Origin: Candidatus Levybacteria bacterium RIFCSPHIGHO2_01_FULL_37_17 | GTDB lineage: Bacteria > Patescibacteriota > Microgenomatia > Levybacterales > UBA12049 | DNA: 64,000 bases | Assembly (NCBI GenBank): GCA_001782035.1 | Contig: MFNL01000001.1 | Location: 84,078 to 148,077 of the forward strand | Reading direction: 5' to 3' | In this document: positions 37,394 to 46,668 of the stretch, piece after piece | How the letters are laid out: every line of letters starts with the position of its first letter | Position numbering within the stretch: position 1 is the stretch's first letter | Notes under the pieces: model-generated | What the model was told of the DNA's origin: nothing | Databases searched by the model: none | The model's input: only the letters and a program-made list of their open reading frames with translations | Made by a program: the position numbers and the translations under genes

Positions 37394-38418
37394 ATAACCC
37401 TAAATACTCCCTGATACATCCCCATAGAACAGGTGAATAAATAATTACCTTTTTTAAGTTTCGGTAGATTTACTTTCTCTTCTCCGGTGGGCTGCAGGTT
37501 AACGCCTATATTAAGAGCTGGGATTCGAAATGCAATTGAACAGGAGTATGTATTATTTGTTATTAATGAAAGTTCTGTTGGTACACCTTCGCGTAGAGTT
37601 ATAGAATCAGGTTTATATCCAAAAGACTCAACGTTTATAGAAATTTTTTGTACCCCATTTTTAATAGGAGGATAAGAATTTAACATATTTTCAGGGAAAG
37701 AAAAAGGATTAAGAATTGTTAACGCCGATTTTACAGAAATCACCGGTGCGCCCACTCCCACAAGACCCCCGTATATTGAGGAGACCCCTAAAAATATTAA
37801 AATAATTGCTGCTATTTTTAAGAAGTTAAATCTCATTGTTTCTCCTAGTTTGGCGGTTATTACACCTACTCCAAAAAACATGGGAAAAGTTCCCAAAACA
37901 AATGTAGCCATTATTGCCGCTCCTCTTAATCCATTGGAGCTACTTATCGCTAAGGTTTCCATGGCAAGAGTTGTACCACATGGAATTAAAATGGTTAAAA
38001 TTCCCAGTAGGCCCGGAGCAAACAAATCAGCACTCTTAGATTTACTCCTAACGAATTTAGTTATGAACCGTGGTGGTTGAATAACTGCATATCTAAAAAT
38101 TGGATGAATATCTAAAAGATTAAGTGCAATTACAATCATATACATTCCTGCAATAAGCTGCATTGACGATTGTAGGTTTTGAGTAAGGCTTATTACAGAT
38201 CCTAAGCTTCCAAGAATAAATCCTAAAACTGTATAGGCAATAAGCTTTGTCGTTAAAAAAGTCAATGTAGGAAATATTGGATTTGGCGCCTTTTTACCAC
38301 TATCAATATCTTCTTTTTCCCTGGCTGTAATAACAGATGCTAAAAGACCTCCTTGCACAGCTAGACAAGTTAGCCCTCCAACTGTTAAACCGGTTACAAA
38401 AATTACTAAAAGATCCAT
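37390..38418 (-). CDS. polytopic permease (TauE/DsbD_2-like) fused to a C-terminal cupredoxin-like domain
   Basis: N-terminus GLTVGGLTCLAVQGG with ~8 TM helices. The C-terminal ~100 aa are a beta-sandwich carrying Cys/His/Met (YSCSIAF...FTCSMGMYQG). Confidence 0.55.
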   Translation of the reverse strand: MDLLVIFVTGLTVGGLTCLAVQGGLLASVITAREKEDIDSGKKAPNPIFPTLTFLTTKLIAYTVLGFILGSLGSVISLTQNLQSSMQLIAGMYMIVIALNLLDIHPIFRYAVIQPPRFITKFVRSKSKSADLFAPGLLGILTILIPCGTTLAMETLAISSSNGLRGAAIMATFVLGTFPMFFGVGVITAKLGETMRFNFLKIAAIILIFLGVSSIYGGLVGVGAPVISVKSALTILNPFSFPENMLNSYPPIKNGVQKISINVESFGYKPDSITLREGVPTELSLITNNTYSCSIAFRIPALNIGVNLQPTGEEKVNLPKLKKGNYLFTCSMGMYQGVFRVI

Positions 38419-38469
38419 AATACTATTATATAGCTTGCAGACAATGTCTGCCTAATTCTATTGATTTAC

Positions 38470-40530
38470 TCACAATTTCTCTCTTTTCAAAAGAAGCGCA
38501 TTAGCCACAACTATTAATGAAGAAGCGGTCATAAGAAGAGCTGCCCACTCCGGCCTTAGTAGAATTCCTAGCTTATAAAATGCACCTGCTGCAGCAGGTA
38601 TTGTAATAATATTATACCCAGCTGCCCAGAAAAGATTTTGAACCATTTTTGAATTTGTTTTTTGAGAAAGTCTGATTGCTTTCACAACATCTCTAGGGTC
38701 ATTTCTCATGAGAATTATTTCTGCGGACTCTATAGCTACGCCCGTACCTGCACCGATAGCTAGTCCAATGTGAGCTTGCGTTAAAGAAGCTGCATCATTT
38801 ACCCCGTCACCAACCATTGCTACGATATTCCCTTTTTTTTGTAGCTGCTTGATCTTATTGACTTTATCTTTTGGCAAGACATCTGCAAAATAGATATCTA
38901 TGCCTAGTTTCTTCGCGACCAGTTTTGCAACATCTTCATGATCACCTGTTAGCATCGCTGTTTTTATGCCCATCTTTTTAAATGATTCTATTGCTTCTGC
39001 AGATTCTGGCCTTATAATATCTGCAAGTCCAATAGCGCCAATTAACTTTTTATCGATTGCTACAAAAATATAAGTAGATCCCTCAGTTTTCTTGAAAATT
39101 ATTTTTTTATTTCCAATTTTATATTCATCTATGAGAATTTGATTTCCTATCAAAATTTCTTTTCCTGAGAATTTTGCCAGTGCACCTTTGCCGGGAATTG
39201 ATCTAAATTCCTTCACCGCTTCAAGCTTAATTTTTTTGTGTTTTGCGTAATCGATAATTCCCAAAGCAATAGGATGCTGGGAGAAACGTTCGACAGAAGC
39301 AGCCAATTTTAGAATTTCTTCTTTTGAGACTTTGGCAAATGGGATTATGTCTGTGATACCAAATTTACCTTCGGTTAGTGTACCCGTCTTGTCTAAAACT
39401 ATATAGTTAAGCTTTCTTGAAATTTCTAAGGCTTTCATGTCTTTAATTAAAATTCCGTGCTTTGCAGCAAGCGCGGTTGTAATAGTTGTAACAGTAGGAA
39501 TAGCAAGTCCCAAGGCGTGAGGACAGGCTATTACGATAACCGATATGGCTAAAGTTCCTGCAAAAATAAGCCCCTGCGAAGTTGCTAGAGACCAAAATAA
39601 AAAAGTCGATATACCAACAGAAAGAGCTGCGAAAGTCAAAAAGCCTGCTGCCTTATCTGCAATTTTTTGAACCTCTGGTTTTGAATCCTGGGCCTGTCTA
39701 ATGAGCTCCATCATCTGTGAGATTGCAGTCTCATCACCAGTTTTTGTTACCTTAATGGTAAGCGTCCCATCGCTATTTATTGTTCCTCCTATAACACTTG
39801 ATGCCTCACTTTTGTTAACTGGCACAGACTCTCCCGTAATCATCGATTCATTGACTGCGGATACACCTTCTATAACTTCTCCATCAATTGGTATTTTTTC
39901 TCCCGGACGGATTAGGATAAGATCTCCTTTTTTAAGCTCATCAGTTTGAATATCTCTAAGACTCTCCCCATCAATTAGATGCGCTTGTGGCGGAATAAGC
40001 CTAGTAAGCTCTTTTAGAGCACCCGTAGCTCCTCTTACCGCTCTCATTTCTATCCAATGTCCGAATAGAAAAGCCAAAGCCAAGGTCGAAATTTCCCAAT
40101 ATAAACTTTCGCCTGGAAATAGGAACGTGGCGGCAACCGAAAATAAATAACCAGACAATAAAGCTAAAGATACAAGCGTCATCATTCCGTATTTTTTTGC
40201 TCTTATTTCGGATAGACCCATTTGGAACAAGGGGAGTCCTCCCCAAAAAACGATCACAGACGAAAGAACAAAAATTACTATTTCTTGGTAGGGGACACTC
40301 AACGAAAACCTTAACCACTCCTGAATCTTTTCCGAAAGAATTAAAACAAAAAGAGTAAGCGGAAGACTTAGGAAAAAGCGTTTTTTAAAGCTTTTTTCCA
40401 TATCTTTGTGATTAATATCTTCTCGCCCACGTTCTATCGGGACGAGATCCATCCCACACTTAGGACATTTTGAGGACCTTTTGCTTATTATTTCGGGATC
40501 CATCGGACACGTATAAAGACTTTTATGCAT
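38470..40530 (-). CDS. copA: copper-translocating P1B-type ATPase (CPH motif) with an N-terminal CPxxP...CPxCGM metal-binding ribbon
   Basis: DKTGTLT, the CPH transmembrane metal site, the GDGVNDA hinge, and an N-terminal CPMDPE...CPKCGM. Confidence 0.9.
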   Translation of the reverse strand: MHKSLYTCPMDPEIISKRSSKCPKCGMDLVPIERGREDINHKDMEKSFKKRFFLSLPLTLFVLILSEKIQEWLRFSLSVPYQEIVIFVLSSVIVFWGGLPLFQMGLSEIRAKKYGMMTLVSLALLSGYLFSVAATFLFPGESLYWEISTLALAFLFGHWIEMRAVRGATGALKELTRLIPPQAHLIDGESLRDIQTDELKKGDLILIRPGEKIPIDGEVIEGVSAVNESMITGESVPVNKSEASSVIGGTINSDGTLTIKVTKTGDETAISQMMELIRQAQDSKPEVQKIADKAAGFLTFAALSVGISTFLFWSLATSQGLIFAGTLAISVIVIACPHALGLAIPTVTTITTALAAKHGILIKDMKALEISRKLNYIVLDKTGTLTEGKFGITDIIPFAKVSKEEILKLAASVERFSQHPIALGIIDYAKHKKIKLEAVKEFRSIPGKGALAKFSGKEILIGNQILIDEYKIGNKKIIFKKTEGSTYIFVAIDKKLIGAIGLADIIRPESAEAIESFKKMGIKTAMLTGDHEDVAKLVAKKLGIDIYFADVLPKDKVNKIKQLQKKGNIVAMVGDGVNDAASLTQAHIGLAIGAGTGVAIESAEIILMRNDPRDVVKAIRLSQKTNSKMVQNLFWAAGYNIITIPAAAGAFYKLGILLRPEWAALLMTASSLIVVANALLLKREKL

Positions 40531-40675
40531 GATTATTTATATACTTATCAGGATTTTCGTCAAAGCTTTTTTTACAATAAGAGGAGCAAAATACATAAAT
40601 TTTTTCATTATAGACGCTTTGAAATTTGAGATTATTAGAATCAACATCCATTCCACAAACAGGATCTTTTACCAT
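40523..40675 (-). CDS. unannotated YHS-domain small protein (50 aa)
   Basis: Reverse-strand ORF MVKDPVCGMDVD...YVFCSSYCKKSFDENPDKY... carries DPVCGM and a second Cys pair. A strong SD (AGGAGGTGAT) is upstream. Its last codons overlap the copA ATG. Confidence 0.7.
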   Translation of the reverse strand: MVKDPVCGMDVDSNNLKFQSVYNEKIYVFCSSYCKKSFDENPDKYINNHA

Positions 40676-40691
40676 ATAAAATCACCTCCTA

Positions 40692-40964
40692 TTAATTATT
40701 TTTCTTAAATACTTGCATTATTTCCCTGATTGCCTCGTCTTTCTTACCTTTTGAGATCTGGTTTGCAACGCACTTTTTTAAATGGTTTTCTAGAAGAAGA
40801 TTTCCAGTTTCCTTAAGTCCTGATTCTATTGCCTGTATTTGATGCATTATATCTATGCAATAAGCATCTTCATCCATCATTTTGATAACCTTATCAAGAT
40901 GTCCGCGCCCAATCTTTAAGCGATGTGTTACTCTTTCGTGTGTATCACGTGGTCTATATGCCAT
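40692..40964 (-). CDS. csoR: CsoR/RcnR family metal-sensing transcriptional repressor
   Basis: 90 aa. Helical DUF156 pattern with the conserved Cys (YCIDIMHQ) and a His/Cys C-terminal region. Confidence 0.8.
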   Translation of the reverse strand: MAYRPRDTHERVTHRLKIGRGHLDKVIKMMDEDAYCIDIMHQIQAIESGLKETGNLLLENHLKKCVANQISKGKKDEAIREIMQVFKKNN

Positions 40965-40985
40965 ATATCCCCCCTATGGGGATAT
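40965..40985. promoter_or_regulatory. perfect inverted repeat ATATCCCC-CCTAT-GGGGATAT abutting the csoR start; candidate CsoR operator
   Basis: 8-bp arms read directly, with a GC-rich core like known CsoR boxes. TTGACA and a TACCAT -10-like box lie just upstream on the coding strand. Confidence 0.65.
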
Positions 40986-41041
40986 GGTAGCATCTTGAAT
41001 AAACTCCTGTCAAGAGAAGGTGCCTCGGCACTAAAAAGCGG

Positions 41042-41057
41042 TTGGCAAAATTGCCAA
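41042..41057. promoter_or_regulatory. palindrome TTGGCAA-AA-TTGCCAA
   Basis: Perfect 7-bp inverted arms read directly, in the intergenic region upstream of the cop operon promoter. Confidence 0.4.
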
Positions 41058-41069
41058 AACGCATTTTAG

Positions 41070-41267
41070 CTACTGCGATTTTAAATTCACATTAATATCA
41101 CTTGGAATATTAATAGTTGATCCCCTAAAATTCTGTACAATGATGGGCAGTATATATATAAACAATACTGCCATAAATACTATTAACAAAATCACACCAA
41201 GCAAAAAGCCCATTCCGCCTCTAGGGTTTGATGTGTCATTAGGCGGGTTGTTTACTATTGTAGCCAT
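41070..41267 (-). CDS. small single-TM membrane protein
   Basis: 65 aa. A strong SD (AGGAGGTGAAA) lies directly upstream of the ATG. Confidence 0.5.
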   Translation of the reverse strand: MATIVNNPPNDTSNPRGGMGFLLGVILLIVFMAVLFIYILPIIVQNFRGSTINIPSDINVNLKSQ

Positions 41268-41347
41268 TTTTCACCTCCTTTATAATTAAAACGAACAGCA
41301 AGTTATTTCATTTCAATCTGTAAAAATGGTAGAATACAAAACTGAAT

Positions 41348-42343
41348 ATGGTAAGAATGCCTAACATTGTAACCATAGGAGGCGGAACAGGAAGTTATAC
41401 TGCCCTTTACGGCCTTAAAAAATACCCCCTTAAACTAACTGCGATTGTAAACATGGTAGACGATGGAGGTTCAAGTGGCAGGCTTCGTGATGAACTTGGG
41501 GTATTGCCACCGGGGGATATTAGACAGTGTCTGGTGGCATTGGCTGAATCATCTAAACTTCTTCGTGATATGTTCAATTACAGGTTTGAGGATGGAGGAT
41601 TGAGGGGTCATAACTTCGGCAATATATTTCTTTCAACTTTGGAAAAGAAGACTGGAAGCATGAAGAAAGCGATAGCCGAGGTTGGGAAAATATTAAACAT
41701 AAAAGGAAAGGTAGTGCCTATTACATTTACAAAAAAAACTAGTCTTTGCGTAGATCTTGAGGATGGAAAAAATATAGTAGGCGAGACACATATAGATGAA
41801 GTTGAAGCAAAAGAGCACCGTGCCGCTATAAAAAAAATTTACCTAAAGCCGAAAGCGCAGATAAATCCGGATGCAAAACAAGCTTTGGAGAAAGCAGATT
41901 TTATTATAATAGGCCCTGGGGATTTATATACGAGTATAATGCCCAACATCCTTGTAAATAGTGTTCCAGGAATAATAAGAAACTCAAAAGCTAAAAAAAT
42001 TTTTGTCGTTAATCTAATGACAAAATATGGTCACACCACTGGATACGGCGCAAAAAAGCACGTTGAGGAGCTCGAAAAATACCTGGGGAAAAATATTCTC
42101 GATTATGTCCTAGTAAATTCAAAAAAACCCAAAAAGATTACACATTCCTGGTACGAAGAGTTTGAGGAATACCCAGTAGAAGATGACTTAAATGATGAAT
42201 ATAAATATCAAGTTATAAGAGAGAATTTAATAAGGGATGTAATTATAATTCAAAACCCGGTTGATAATAGAAGACGAAGTATTATAAGGCATAACCCGCG
42301 GAAATTAGCAGAAGAAATTCTTACGATAATTTATCCTTCCTAA
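41348..42343 (+). CDS. yvcK: YvcK/CofD-like (UPF0052) gluconeogenesis factor family protein
   Basis: N-terminus IVTIGGGTGSYTALYGLKKY...VNMVDDGGSSGRLR, typical of the YvcK/CofD family. Confidence 0.75.
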   Translation: MVRMPNIVTIGGGTGSYTALYGLKKYPLKLTAIVNMVDDGGSSGRLRDELGVLPPGDIRQCLVALAESSKLLRDMFNYRFEDGGLRGHNFGNIFLSTLEKKTGSMKKAIAEVGKILNIKGKVVPITFTKKTSLCVDLEDGKNIVGETHIDEVEAKEHRAAIKKIYLKPKAQINPDAKQALEKADFIIIGPGDLYTSIMPNILVNSVPGIIRNSKAKKIFVVNLMTKYGHTTGYGAKKHVEELEKYLGKNILDYVLVNSKKPKKITHSWYEEFEEYPVEDDLNDEYKYQVIRENLIRDVIIIQNPVDNRRRSIIRHNPRKLAEEILTIIYPS

Positions 42344-42353
42344 AGTTGTCTCG

Positions 42354-43877
42354 TTGAGTTATTATTTAAGAGTGATAGATAAAATGTTCAAACCCCTGGA
42401 CCGCCTGTTGAATTTTGTAACAATGTACAGATCAATGCTGTACTATCTGACTGTTTTGTGGTGCCTAGCACTACTCTTAAGTTTTTTAACCTTACTCCCA
42501 TTTTCTCCACAGGCTTTACTTTTTAGCACTCTGATAATATTCTTATCCTGCTACTTATCGAATAAATTATTTGAAAAGATTTTAGGAGCAATTACAAATT
42601 TTGAATCCACCTATATTTCTGCATTGATTTTATCTTTAATCATAACCCCTTCTTTAAGCGTTCAAAACATACAATTTGCAATAGTTACTTCGGTAATTGC
42701 CATGGCCTCCAAATATATATTTGCATTTAATAAAAAACATATTTTTAACCCCGTAGCAATAGGAGTATTTATTCCATCGTTATTTTCAATAGGGGCAGCC
42801 AGTTGGTGGGTGGGAACTCCCATTATGAACATCGGGGTTCTAATAGGGGGAATTTTGCTGACTCGTAAAATTCAGAGATTCGATCTAGTTTTAAGTTTTT
42901 TAGGCATTCATGGTGCAACTATCATATTATTTTCGTTGCTAAATAAGATAGACGCGTTTAGTGCTTTAACGACTTCGTTTCTTTATTCTTCAATACTATT
43001 CCTTGCTTTTGTTATGCTGACCGAACCATCAACTAATCCACCTAAACGCACTTTTAGAATTCCATACGCTGCAATAGTTGGAGTTTTATCTTTTTTCCAA
43101 ACATTAGAAATAGCACTATTAATAGGTAACATATTTTCTTACATTTTGTCTTCTAAGAAAAAATTATCCATAAAATTAAAAGAAAAAAGAGAAATTGGAC
43201 TCGGAATTTATGAGTTTATTTTTGAAAAGGATGTAAATTACTCTTATCAATCCGGGCAATATCTTGAATGGACAATCAAAACAAAAAATATAGACTCAAG
43301 GGGCAATAGAAGATATTTTACCCTGTCTTCTTCTCCTACCGAGGAGGACCTTAAAATTGGGATTAAAATTTATGAAAAACCAAGCAATTTTAAAAAAGCA
43401 TTGCTCGAATTGAACACAGAAACAAGAGTTCTTGCAGGAAATTTAGCAGGGGATTTTGTTTTACCCAAGAATCCAAAAAATTTGGTTTTTATTGCCGGTG
43501 GTATAGGGATAACTCCTTTTAGAAGCATGATTAAATACTTATTGGATAAAAATATCACACTTCCAATCACCGTTTTTTATTCAAACAAACTGGCAAGTGA
43601 AATTGTGTATAAAGATATATTTGATAAAGCAGAAGAAAAACTAAACATCAAAACCGTTTACAACTTAACAGATGAAAGTACCATTCCGGATCAATGGAGT
43701 GGCTACAAGGGAAGAATAAATGATGAAATAATCAAAAAAGAAGTTCCTCAGTATAAATCTGCTGTATTCTATCTCTCTGGCCCCCATTCGATGGTAGTTG
43801 GATTTGAAGAGACATTGATAAGATTGGGCATAAGTACGTCACAAATTAAAAAAGACTTTTTTCCTGGCTACGTTTAG
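42354..43877 (+). CDS. fusion: N-terminal polytopic membrane domain (RnfD/NqrB-like, FNPVA motif) + C-terminal FNR-like FAD/NAD(P)-binding oxidoreductase domain
   Basis: The C-terminal part has RRYFTLSSSP (RxYS FAD-binding) and GGIGITPFRSM (NAD-binding). The N-terminal ~240 aa form a multi-TM region containing HIFNPVAIG. Confidence 0.55.
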   Translation: MSYYLRVIDKMFKPLDRLLNFVTMYRSMLYYLTVLWCLALLLSFLTLLPFSPQALLFSTLIIFLSCYLSNKLFEKILGAITNFESTYISALILSLIITPSLSVQNIQFAIVTSVIAMASKYIFAFNKKHIFNPVAIGVFIPSLFSIGAASWWVGTPIMNIGVLIGGILLTRKIQRFDLVLSFLGIHGATIILFSLLNKIDAFSALTTSFLYSSILFLAFVMLTEPSTNPPKRTFRIPYAAIVGVLSFFQTLEIALLIGNIFSYILSSKKKLSIKLKEKREIGLGIYEFIFEKDVNYSYQSGQYLEWTIKTKNIDSRGNRRYFTLSSSPTEEDLKIGIKIYEKPSNFKKALLELNTETRVLAGNLAGDFVLPKNPKNLVFIAGGIGITPFRSMIKYLLDKNITLPITVFYSNKLASEIVYKDIFDKAEEKLNIKTVYNLTDESTIPDQWSGYKGRINDEIIKKEVPQYKSAVFYLSGPHSMVVGFEETLIRLGISTSQIKKDFFPGYV

Positions 43878-44000
43878 TTGACAACTACGCTTCAGTTTGA
43901 AATCAATTTAGTATGAGACTAGAACTTCCTAGGACCTCAATCCCCAAGATAGATATCGCCATAAGAACCTCGGCCATATTTAGGAATTTACTTATAACCA

Positions 44001-44537
44001 TTAGTTTTTATATTCCTCTTTAATATCTGTTCCAAATTTCTCTAGCAACTTTTTAATTTTCGGAGCTATTATAAAAGAACAATAAGGATAGTTTTGGTTA
44101 TTATCATAGTAATTTTGATGATATTCCTCGGCCTTGTAGAATTTTTCGAATGGTTTTATTTCTGTAACAATGTTGTCCTTAAGCTTTTCTTGGTGTGTTT
44201 TCCTCGATTCTTCAGCAAGCCTTTGTTGTTGAGTGTTGTGATAAAAAATTGCAGAACGGTATTGAGTTCCAATATCATTTCCCTGCATATTTAGCGTTGT
44301 AGGATCGTGTGTTGCCCAGAAAACTTCTAGAAGCTTATCAAAAGAAATAATCTTAGGCTCGAAAGTAACCTGAACGGCTTCAGCATGCCCTGTATTTCCT
44401 TCAGACACCGCAGAATAATTTGGATTATCCATTTCCCCTCCGCTGTAGCCAGACTCCACAGTCTTTACCCCCCTTAGCCTTTTAAAGATTGCCTCTGTGC
44501 ACCAGAAGCATCCGCCTGCAAATGTTGCCTTTTCCAT
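44001..44537 (-). CDS. msrA: peptide methionine sulfoxide reductase MsrA
   Basis: Active-site GGCFWC, 178 aa. Confidence 0.9.
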   Translation of the reverse strand: MEKATFAGGCFWCTEAIFKRLRGVKTVESGYSGGEMDNPNYSAVSEGNTGHAEAVQVTFEPKIISFDKLLEVFWATHDPTTLNMQGNDIGTQYRSAIFYHNTQQQRLAEESRKTHQEKLKDNIVTEIKPFEKFYKAEEYHQNYYDNNQNYPYCSFIIAPKIKKLLEKFGTDIKEEYKN

Positions 44538-44634
44538 AATTTTATTCTACCAAAACTACATAAAACTAGATAGGATATATGCAAAAAGTTACAGGATATT
44601 GCATTTACCAAGCAGGATATTATTTAATGTGTGT

Positions 44635-44976
44635 ATGTTTGCAATCCTGATTAACTGGATCGTAAGCGCAATGGTTATTTTTAGTATAGCCTATGTACTC
44701 CCCGGCGTAAGTGTAATCGGTTTCACGTCTGCAATAGTTTTGGCACTAGTTCTTGGAATTATTAATGCGATACTCAAACCAGTACTGCTAATACTTACTC
44801 TTCCAATAAATCTGCTCACTCTTGGCCTTTTTACTTTGATTTTGAATGCATTACTTATACTTATTGCTGCCAGTTTCGTACCTGGCGTTAGAGTTGATGG
44901 GTTTTTATGGGCTTTGATTTTTGGAATTATCCTTTCTATAGCAAATATGGCAATTCAGAACTTTTTGCCAAAGTAG
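44635..44976 (+). CDS. phage-holin-family-4 / DUF360-like 4-TM membrane protein
   Basis: 113 aa from the internal ATG, four TM helices. The track start at 44497 overlaps msrA. Confidence 0.5.
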   Translation: MFAILINWIVSAMVIFSIAYVLPGVSVIGFTSAIVLALVLGIINAILKPVLLILTLPINLLTLGLFTLILNALLILIAASFVPGVRVDGFLWALIFGIILSIANMAIQNFLPK

Positions 44977-44997
44977 TTTGAAAGGAGGTGAAAAAGA

Positions 44998-45207
44998 ATG
45001 GATTATATGAAAACATTAAACCAGGTTAGTTGGTGGTTATTGGTAATAGGGGGCTTAAACTGGGGATTGGTTGGATTAAATGCAAGCTGGAATGTAGTAC
45101 ATATGCTGCTTGGATCATGGTCAACCGTCGAAATGCTAGTTTACGTACTCGTTGGATTGTCTGCCTTATATCAAGCAGCAATGCAATTGGGATTAATGAA
45201 AAAATAA
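44998..45207 (+). CDS. DUF378 family small membrane protein
   Basis: VIGGLNWGLVGL motif; a strong SD (GAAAGGAGGTG) is upstream. Confidence 0.6.
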   Translation: MDYMKTLNQVSWWLLVIGGLNWGLVGLNASWNVVHMLLGSWSTVEMLVYVLVGLSALYQAAMQLGLMKK

Positions 45208-45252
45208 TCTCTCCCAATTTACGGGCCTAATTAAGATAATTATCTTTATTTT

Positions 45253-46245
45253 CTAAAGAGGTAAGACTATGTATTTTCCTAGAGTATTTAGTTTTTCTAA
45301 AAGCTCTTCTTTTTTAAGAAGTCCATTTTGTGCTCCTGTTTTTTGAATTACAGAGCTAGCGTTTATCGAACCCCAAATTAGAGCATCTTGAATGCCCTTG
45401 CCTTCCAGTATCGCAGCAATAAAACCTGCATTGAATGCATCTCCTGCTCCTGTTTTTTCGACAACGTCGACTTTTATAATGTCCAAGTGTAAATATTCAT
45501 TTTTTTCACTATGTGCATAAATTCCATTTTCCGCATCAGTAATAATTACATTTTTTGCACCCAAACTTTTTAGTCCAAATAGTGTTTTTTTAATCTGTTT
45601 TTGCTCTTCTAATAAGTTAGAACCATTTCCGTGAAGAAGACCTTCCGCCTCTTCTTTATTTACAAATAAATAATCCGATTCTGAAATTAAATCCATGACT
45701 AATTCGTCTTTCTTCTCAATCTGTAAAGATCCCGGATTAAAAGCAAGAATTTTCTCTCTGTTTTTTACTAAATCCAAAGCTTTTTCATAAACTGTTTTCC
45801 AATCGTCTCCAAGACTTGTAAGATAGATTATTTTTGCGCTAGTATTTTCAAAATTAAACTCGTATTTTCTTTTAATACTTTCAATTAAAATAGTGCGTTC
45901 GTCTTTATAACTTAAGATTACGGAAAATGGAGTAGACGAAACGAACTTTTTAATTAAATTTGTATTAATGTTTTCTGCTTCAAGAGCGTTAGTAATAAAA
46001 GATGCAAATTCATCGTTTCCAATTTGAACGCAAATTCCGACGTTTTTGCCAAGCCTTGCAAGTCCTATCGCCGCATTTGAAGCATTTCCCCCAATATTTT
46101 TAGAATAGTTTTCGATTGTGATTTTTCCGCCATATTCCAAAAGCATGTTTTCTCTCTTTTCGTCAAGGCTAAAATGGGGATTATCGCTTGGCACATGAAG
46201 AAAGATATCAATTCTTGCATCACCAATGCATAAAATATCGAGCAT
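45253..46245 (-). CDS. PfkB-family carbohydrate/nucleoside kinase (ribokinase-like)
   Basis: TGAGDAFNAGFIAA anion-hole motif; GG dipeptide near the N-terminus. Confidence 0.75.
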   Translation of the reverse strand: MLDILCIGDARIDIFLHVPSDNPHFSLDEKRENMLLEYGGKITIENYSKNIGGNASNAAIGLARLGKNVGICVQIGNDEFASFITNALEAENINTNLIKKFVSSTPFSVILSYKDERTILIESIKRKYEFNFENTSAKIIYLTSLGDDWKTVYEKALDLVKNREKILAFNPGSLQIEKKDELVMDLISESDYLFVNKEEAEGLLHGNGSNLLEEQKQIKKTLFGLKSLGAKNVIITDAENGIYAHSEKNEYLHLDIIKVDVVEKTGAGDAFNAGFIAAILEGKGIQDALIWGSINASSVIQKTGAQNGLLKKEELLEKLNTLGKYIVLPL

Positions 46246-46308
46246 AGTTTAATGTTACTCTAAATAAAATCTAGCTTCAACAAGTTTGACTTTTGATATA
46301 ATTATGAC

Positions 46309-46665
46309 ATGGGTGAGGAAAACAAAGAAGCAGACCTAGAGCAGCGTGCCATTTATACTACTTCAAAAGGAGACAGGGTTTCTCTTAATCCAGATGTACC
46401 AATGAATCATAAATGGTTTAAGGGAGAATTTCACTTTGGACCGTGGGGCGGAGATTCAAGTCAATTCAAAGGAGATTCAAAAGATAGGGTAAGGGTTTCC
46501 ATGATAGGAGAAAGACTAAGCCCAACAGTAAGAAATGGCATTGCATCTGCCACCGGAGTGATAACAGCTGTTATAGATCCTGAGGATAGAGATTTAATTG
46601 GACAAACAGGTTGGTGGAAGCTGCAAGACTTAAGTAAAAAGACCAAAATAAGAAGGGCTGCTTGA
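46309..46665 (+). CDS. hypothetical protein
   Basis: 118 aa, no recognisable domain. Confidence 0.35.
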   Translation: MGEENKEADLEQRAIYTTSKGDRVSLNPDVPMNHKWFKGEFHFGPWGGDSSQFKGDSKDRVRVSMIGERLSPTVRNGIASATGVITAVIDPEDRDLIGQTGWWKLQDLSKKTKIRRAA

Positions 46666-46668
46666 GCG

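Noticed and set aside
43878-44000. Possible small RNA or tRNA in the convergent intergenic region between the FNR-fusion gene and msrA
   Set aside because: No cloverleaf or stable stem was found by eye. It is most likely just 3' UTRs or terminators of the two convergent genes.
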